Positions 60,485-64,000 of a stretch of DNA of 64,000 nt are shown here, piece after piece; the stretch's first letter is position 1; each line of letters begins with the position of its first letter. The notes under the pieces were generated by a model. That model was not told the DNA's origin and searched no databases. It saw nothing but the letters and a program-made list of their open reading frames with translations. The translations under genes and the position numbers were made by a program. Source of the stretch: Hyphomicrobiales bacterium (GTDB lineage Bacteria; Pseudomonadota; Alphaproteobacteria; Rhizobiales; Aestuariivirgaceae); contig JALSGQ010000037.1 of the NCBI GenBank assembly GCA_026982665.1, forward strand, positions 11,762 through 75,761, given 5' to 3'.

Positions 60485-61146
60485 GCAAGGCACCACACAT
60501 CGATCGGGCCGATGACGCGAAGCAGGCTGCATCCGGTGGCGGGCGCTGGCTGCTGGTAGCGTTTATCGTGTCGCTGTCGGTGAACATGCTGGTGCTGGGA
60601 GCGCTGGGGGTGATGCTGTTTGCCCACTACATGGGCGGGCCGGAGCGGTTTGGCTGGATGGGGCGGATGCATGAGCGCATGGATGCGCGGCTGGATGCAG
60701 CCATGCAGGGTGCCGGTGCCGCCGATTCCGGGATGCGGCGCGAGGGGGCGTCGGGAATGTCGATGAAGGCCGTTGCCCGGCTGCGGTTGGCGCGGCCCGG
60801 TCTGCTGCTGGCCTCCATGCGGGCCTTGATGCTCGAGCTGCCAGCACGGCGGCGGCAGGCGCTGCGGGAGGTCGTGCGCGGGCACCGGGGTGCCATTGCC
60901 GAGGCCCATGCACGGGTGGCGCAGGCGCGCTCGGCCCTGCTGGCGCAGATGGAACGCCCGCAGATGGATGCGACGGCATATGGGCAAGCCCTGCAGGCGC
61001 TGCATCGGGCCGAGGCCATGGCGCGGCAGCACGTGCTGGCGCTGTTTCGTGACTTCTCGTGGGCATTGACACCGGAGGAACGGCGGCGGTTCGTCGAGAT
61101 CATGCGGCAAAAGGCGCAGCGGCGGCACCTGTTCCGGCGCTACTGA
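60481..61146 (+). CDS. membrane-anchored CpxP/Spy-like 'periplasmic heavy-metal sensor' family protein
   Basis: GTGA overlap with the upstream gene. N-terminal TM (WLLVAFIVSLSVNMLVLGALGVMLF). Helical Arg/Ala/Gln-rich domain with an LTPEE (LTxxQ-like) motif. Confidence 0.5.
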   Translation: MSKAPHIDRADDAKQAASGGGRWLLVAFIVSLSVNMLVLGALGVMLFAHYMGGPERFGWMGRMHERMDARLDAAMQGAGAADSGMRREGASGMSMKAVARLRLARPGLLLASMRALMLELPARRRQALREVVRGHRGAIAEAHARVAQARSALLAQMERPQMDATAYGQALQALHRAEAMARQHVLALFRDFSWALTPEERRRFVEIMRQKAQRRHLFRRY

Positions 61147-61257
61147 AATCCGGGCAGGTGGTCTTGCGAGCAGGACGGAAGGGGTGTTGCAAAGCCCGGC
61201 GACAGGGTTCAATAAACGTCCCGAGAAGAAATCCGCTCAGCAACGGGTGCAACATTC

Positions 61258-62829
61258 ATGAGCAGCAGCGCAAACAGTGGCGACAAGCCCAAATTCTACA
61301 TCACCACCGCCATCTCCTACCCCAACGGCGAGCCGCACATCGGCCATGCCTACGAGGTGCTGGCCACCGATGCGCTGGCGCGCTTCAAGCGGCTGGACGG
61401 GTTTGACGTGTTTTTCCTCACCGGCACCGACGAGCATGGCCAGAAGATCCAGCAGACGGCGGCGAAACAGGGCATGACTCCACGCCAGTTCGTGGACATG
61501 ATGGCGCCGAAGTTCCAGCGCATGGTCGAGGTGCTGAACTGCTCCAACGACGACTTCATCCGCACCACGGAAGAGCGCCACATCCGCTCGGTGCAGGAGC
61601 TGTGGCGGCGCATGGCGGCCAATGGCGACATCTACCTTGGCAAGTATGCGGGCTGGTATTCGGTGCGTGATGAGGCCTACTACGGCGAGGACGAGCTGAT
61701 CGAGGGCGAGAACGGCGAGAAGCTCGCGCCCACGGGCACGGAAGTGCAGTGGATGGAGGAGGAGAGCTACTTCTTCCGCCTTTCGGCCTATCAGGACAGG
61801 CTGCTGAAGCATTACGAGGAGAATCCGGACTTCATCGGCCCGCCGGAGCGGCGCAACGAGGTGATCGCCTTCGTGAAGCAGGGCCTGCAGGATCTCTCCA
61901 TCTCGCGCACCACCTTCGACTGGGGCATTCCGGTGCCGGATGCGCCGGGGCACGTGATGTATGTGTGGGTGGATGCGCTCACCAACTATCTCTCGGCCTG
62001 CGGTTTTCCGGACGAGAACGCGCCCAGGATGAAATACTGGCCGGCGGACCTGCACGTCATCGGCAAGGATATCGTGCGCTTTCATGCCATCTACTGGCCG
62101 GCCTTCCTGATGTCCGCCGGGGTTGAGCTGCCGAAGCGGGTGTATGGCCACGGCTTCCTGTTCAACCGCGGGCAGAAGATGTCGAAGTCCATCGGCAACG
62201 TGGTAAGCCCCTTCGACCTGGTGGAGGAATACGGCGTCGATCAGGTGCGCTATTTCTTCCTGCGCGAGGTGCCGTTCGGGCAGGACGGCAACTATTCGCA
62301 CGAGGCCATTGTCAATCGCATCAATGCCGACCTGGCCAATGACCTGGGCAACCTGGCGCAGCGCTCGCTGTCGATGATTCACAAGTATTGCGATGGTGCC
62401 ATCCCGCAACCGGGCGATTTCAGCGAAGAGGACAAGGCGCTGCTGGCGCAGGTGGACGGGCTGCTGCCGACCTTGCGCGAGCATCACGAGCGGCAGGCGC
62501 TGCACCGGGCGCTGGAGGCCATCTTCAAGGCGGTGGGCGAGGCCAACCGCTATTTCGCATCGCAGGAGCCGTGGGCCTTGCGCAAGAGCGACCCGCAGCG
62601 GATGAAAACCGTGTTGTATGTAACCGCCGAGTGTGTGCGGCAGTTCGGCATTCTCGTGCAGCCATACATGCCGGAGTCGGGTGCGAGGATGCTGGACCTG
62701 GTGGGCGCGGGCGAGGATGAGCGCGACTTCGCGGCGCTCGGTGAAGCCGGGCGACTGCCACCGGGGCGGGCCATCGAGAAGCCGCAGCCGGTGTTCCCGC
62801 GGTATGTGGAGAAGGAGGAGTCCGCATGA
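61258..62829 (+). CDS. metG: methionine--tRNA ligase
   Basis: HIGH motif ([12 protein letters not shown]), KMSKS motif ([10 protein letters not shown]), [24 protein letters not shown]. Confidence 0.95.
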   Translation: MSSSANSGDKPKFYITTAISYPNGEPHIGHAYEVLATDALARFKRLDGFDVFFLTGTDEHGQKIQQTAAKQGMTPRQFVDMMAPKFQRMVEVLNCSNDDFIRTTEERHIRSVQELWRRMAANGDIYLGKYAGWYSVRDEAYYGEDELIEGENGEKLAPTGTEVQWMEEESYFFRLSAYQDRLLKHYEENPDFIGPPERRNEVIAFVKQGLQDLSISRTTFDWGIPVPDAPGHVMYVWVDALTNYLSACGFPDENAPRMKYWPADLHVIGKDIVRFHAIYWPAFLMSAGVELPKRVYGHGFLFNRGQKMSKSIGNVVSPFDLVEEYGVDQVRYFFLREVPFGQDGNYSHEAIVNRINADLANDLGNLAQRSLSMIHKYCDGAIPQPGDFSEEDKALLAQVDGLLPTLREHHERQALHRALEAIFKAVGEANRYFASQEPWALRKSDPQRMKTVLYVTAECVRQFGILVQPYMPESGARMLDLVGAGEDERDFAALGEAGRLPPGRAIEKPQPVFPRYVEKEESA

Positions 62830-63686
62830 GCGGCCAGAAGAAGGCGAAGAAGGAGCTGCCGCCGATTGAGCCGGTGGGCGTGCCGTTCGTCGATTCGCAT
62901 TGCCATCTCACCTACGGCACGCTGGCGAAGGAGCCGGAGGCGGTGGTGCAGCGCGCCGCCGATGCAGGCGTGGCGGCAATGCTGACCATCTCCACCAAGC
63001 TGGAAACCTTCGGGGAAGTGCTGGCGATGGCCGAGCGCTTCGACAACGTCTGGGCCTCCGTCGGCACCCATCCGCACCATGCGGCGGACGAGGCGCAAGA
63101 GGCCACCACCGAGCGGCTGGTGGAGCTGGCGGCGCATCCGAAGGTCATTGCCATTGGCGAGGCGGGGCTGGACTATTTCTACGACCGCAGCCCGCGCGAG
63201 GTGCAGCAGCAGGTGTTTCGCGCCCACATCGCGGCGGCGCGGCAGACCGGGCTGCCGCTGGTGATTCATTCGCGCGACGCGGAGGAAGACACGGCGCGCA
63301 TCCTTCAGGAGGAGACGGAGAAGGGCGCGTTTCCCTTCATCATGCATTGCTTCTCCGCCGAGCCGTGGCTGGCGGAGAAGGCGGTGGAACTGGGGGGATA
63401 CGTGTCGTTCTCCGGCATTCTCACCTTCCGCAAGGGGGAGAACGTGCGCGAGGCCGCCGTGCGGATGCCGCTGGAGCGGTTGCTGGTGGAGACCGATGCG
63501 CCGTTCCTGGCGCCGGAGCCTTATCGCGGGCGCATCTGCGAGCCGGCGCACACGGCGGTAACGCTGCGCAAGCTGGCGGAGCTGCGCGGACGCACGCCGG
63601 AGGAGATGGCGCGCATCACGGCGGAGAACTTTTTCCGGCTGTGCACGAAGGCAAAGCCGCCGGCGGTGTTTGCCGAGGCGGCGTGA
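62826..63686 (+). CDS. tatD: TatD-family metal-dependent hydrolase
   Basis: ATGA overlap with metG. Motifs: [46 protein letters not shown]. Confidence 0.9.
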   Translation: MSGQKKAKKELPPIEPVGVPFVDSHCHLTYGTLAKEPEAVVQRAADAGVAAMLTISTKLETFGEVLAMAERFDNVWASVGTHPHHAADEAQEATTERLVELAAHPKVIAIGEAGLDYFYDRSPREVQQQVFRAHIAAARQTGLPLVIHSRDAEEDTARILQEETEKGAFPFIMHCFSAEPWLAEKAVELGGYVSFSGILTFRKGENVREAAVRMPLERLLVETDAPFLAPEPYRGRICEPAHTAVTLRKLAELRGRTPEEMARITAENFFRLCTKAKPPAVFAEAA

Positions 63687-63704
63687 GCGGGTCGAGAAGG
63701 CGGC

Positions 63705-64000
63705 ATGGCGGAATACGTGTTCACCATCCTGGGCTGCGCCTCTTCCGGCGGGGTGCCGAGAATCGGCAACGACTGGGGGCGGTGTGATCCGAACGAGCCG
63801 AAGAACCGGCGGCGGCGCTGCTCGCTGCTGGTGCGGCGGCGCGCGGCGGATGGCGAAGGCGAGACGCGGGTGCTCATCGACACCTCGCCGGACATGCGCG
63901 AGCAGTTGCTGGATGCGGAAGTCGGGCGGCTGGACGCGGTGCTCTACACGCATGAGCATGCCGACCACACCCACGGCATCAATGACCTGCGCGGGGTGTA
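63705..64000 (+). CDS. MBL-fold metallo-hydrolase (PhnP/GPMC-like), 3' end outside window
   Basis: Hand translation from the ATG at 63705: MAEYVFTILGCASSGGVPRIGNDWG ... LIDTSPDMREQL ... LYTHEHADHTHGINDLRGV. The HxHxDH motif is present. The ORF runs off the window, so it is absent from the ORF track. Confidence 0.8.
   Translation, partial: MAEYVFTILGCASSGGVPRIGNDWGRCDPNEPKNRRRRCSLLVRRRAADGEGETRVLIDTSPDMREQLLDAEVGRLDAVLYTHEHADHTHGINDLRGV

Overview
High-GC (roughly two-thirds G+C by eye) chromosomal segment with alphaproteobacterial gene order. All family calls come from reading the translated ORFs against remembered motifs. No database search was run.

Most of the window is housekeeping:
- gltA, folK, rpoZ, kdsA, eno, hslV, an M24 aminopeptidase, prmA, parC and cysK.
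- A complete 14-gene nuoA-N operon (37.1-53.3 kb).
- The conserved block dac-tmk-holB ... metG-tatD-MBL hydrolase.

Several small accessory modules sit inside this core:
1. A tungsten-type aldehyde:ferredoxin oxidoreductase cluster. It has an FeS subunit, an AOR catalytic subunit, an FAD subunit and a MoaD-like protein ending in GG. It is flanked by a MoeB/ThiF-like E1 and cysK. An opposite-strand BrnT/BrnA toxin-antitoxin pair physically splits it.
2. A split-MetH-like pair (homocysteine-binding methyltransferase and corrinoid protein) separated by an uncharacterised single-pass membrane protein.
3. A degenerate tandem array of about 94 nt starting at the first base after the CCA end of tRNA-Asp.
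4. An AT-rich island with a TTAA-N7-TTAA motif, followed by a structured CU-rich element ending in a plus-strand intrinsic terminator. No plus-strand gene is nearby, so it is an sRNA candidate.
5. A GIY-YIG (DUF123-like) gene facing a fused-antitoxin/PIN pair directly after nuoN.
6. A four-gene module (EF-hand protein with Met-rich tail, ECF sigma, anti-sigma, CpxP-like protein) inserted between holB and metG.
7. An orphan two-domain spore-coat-U/Csu-type pilin-like gene.

No CRISPR array, rRNA, transposase or integrase was seen. The many long ORFs antisense to strong genes are treated as high-GC artefacts.
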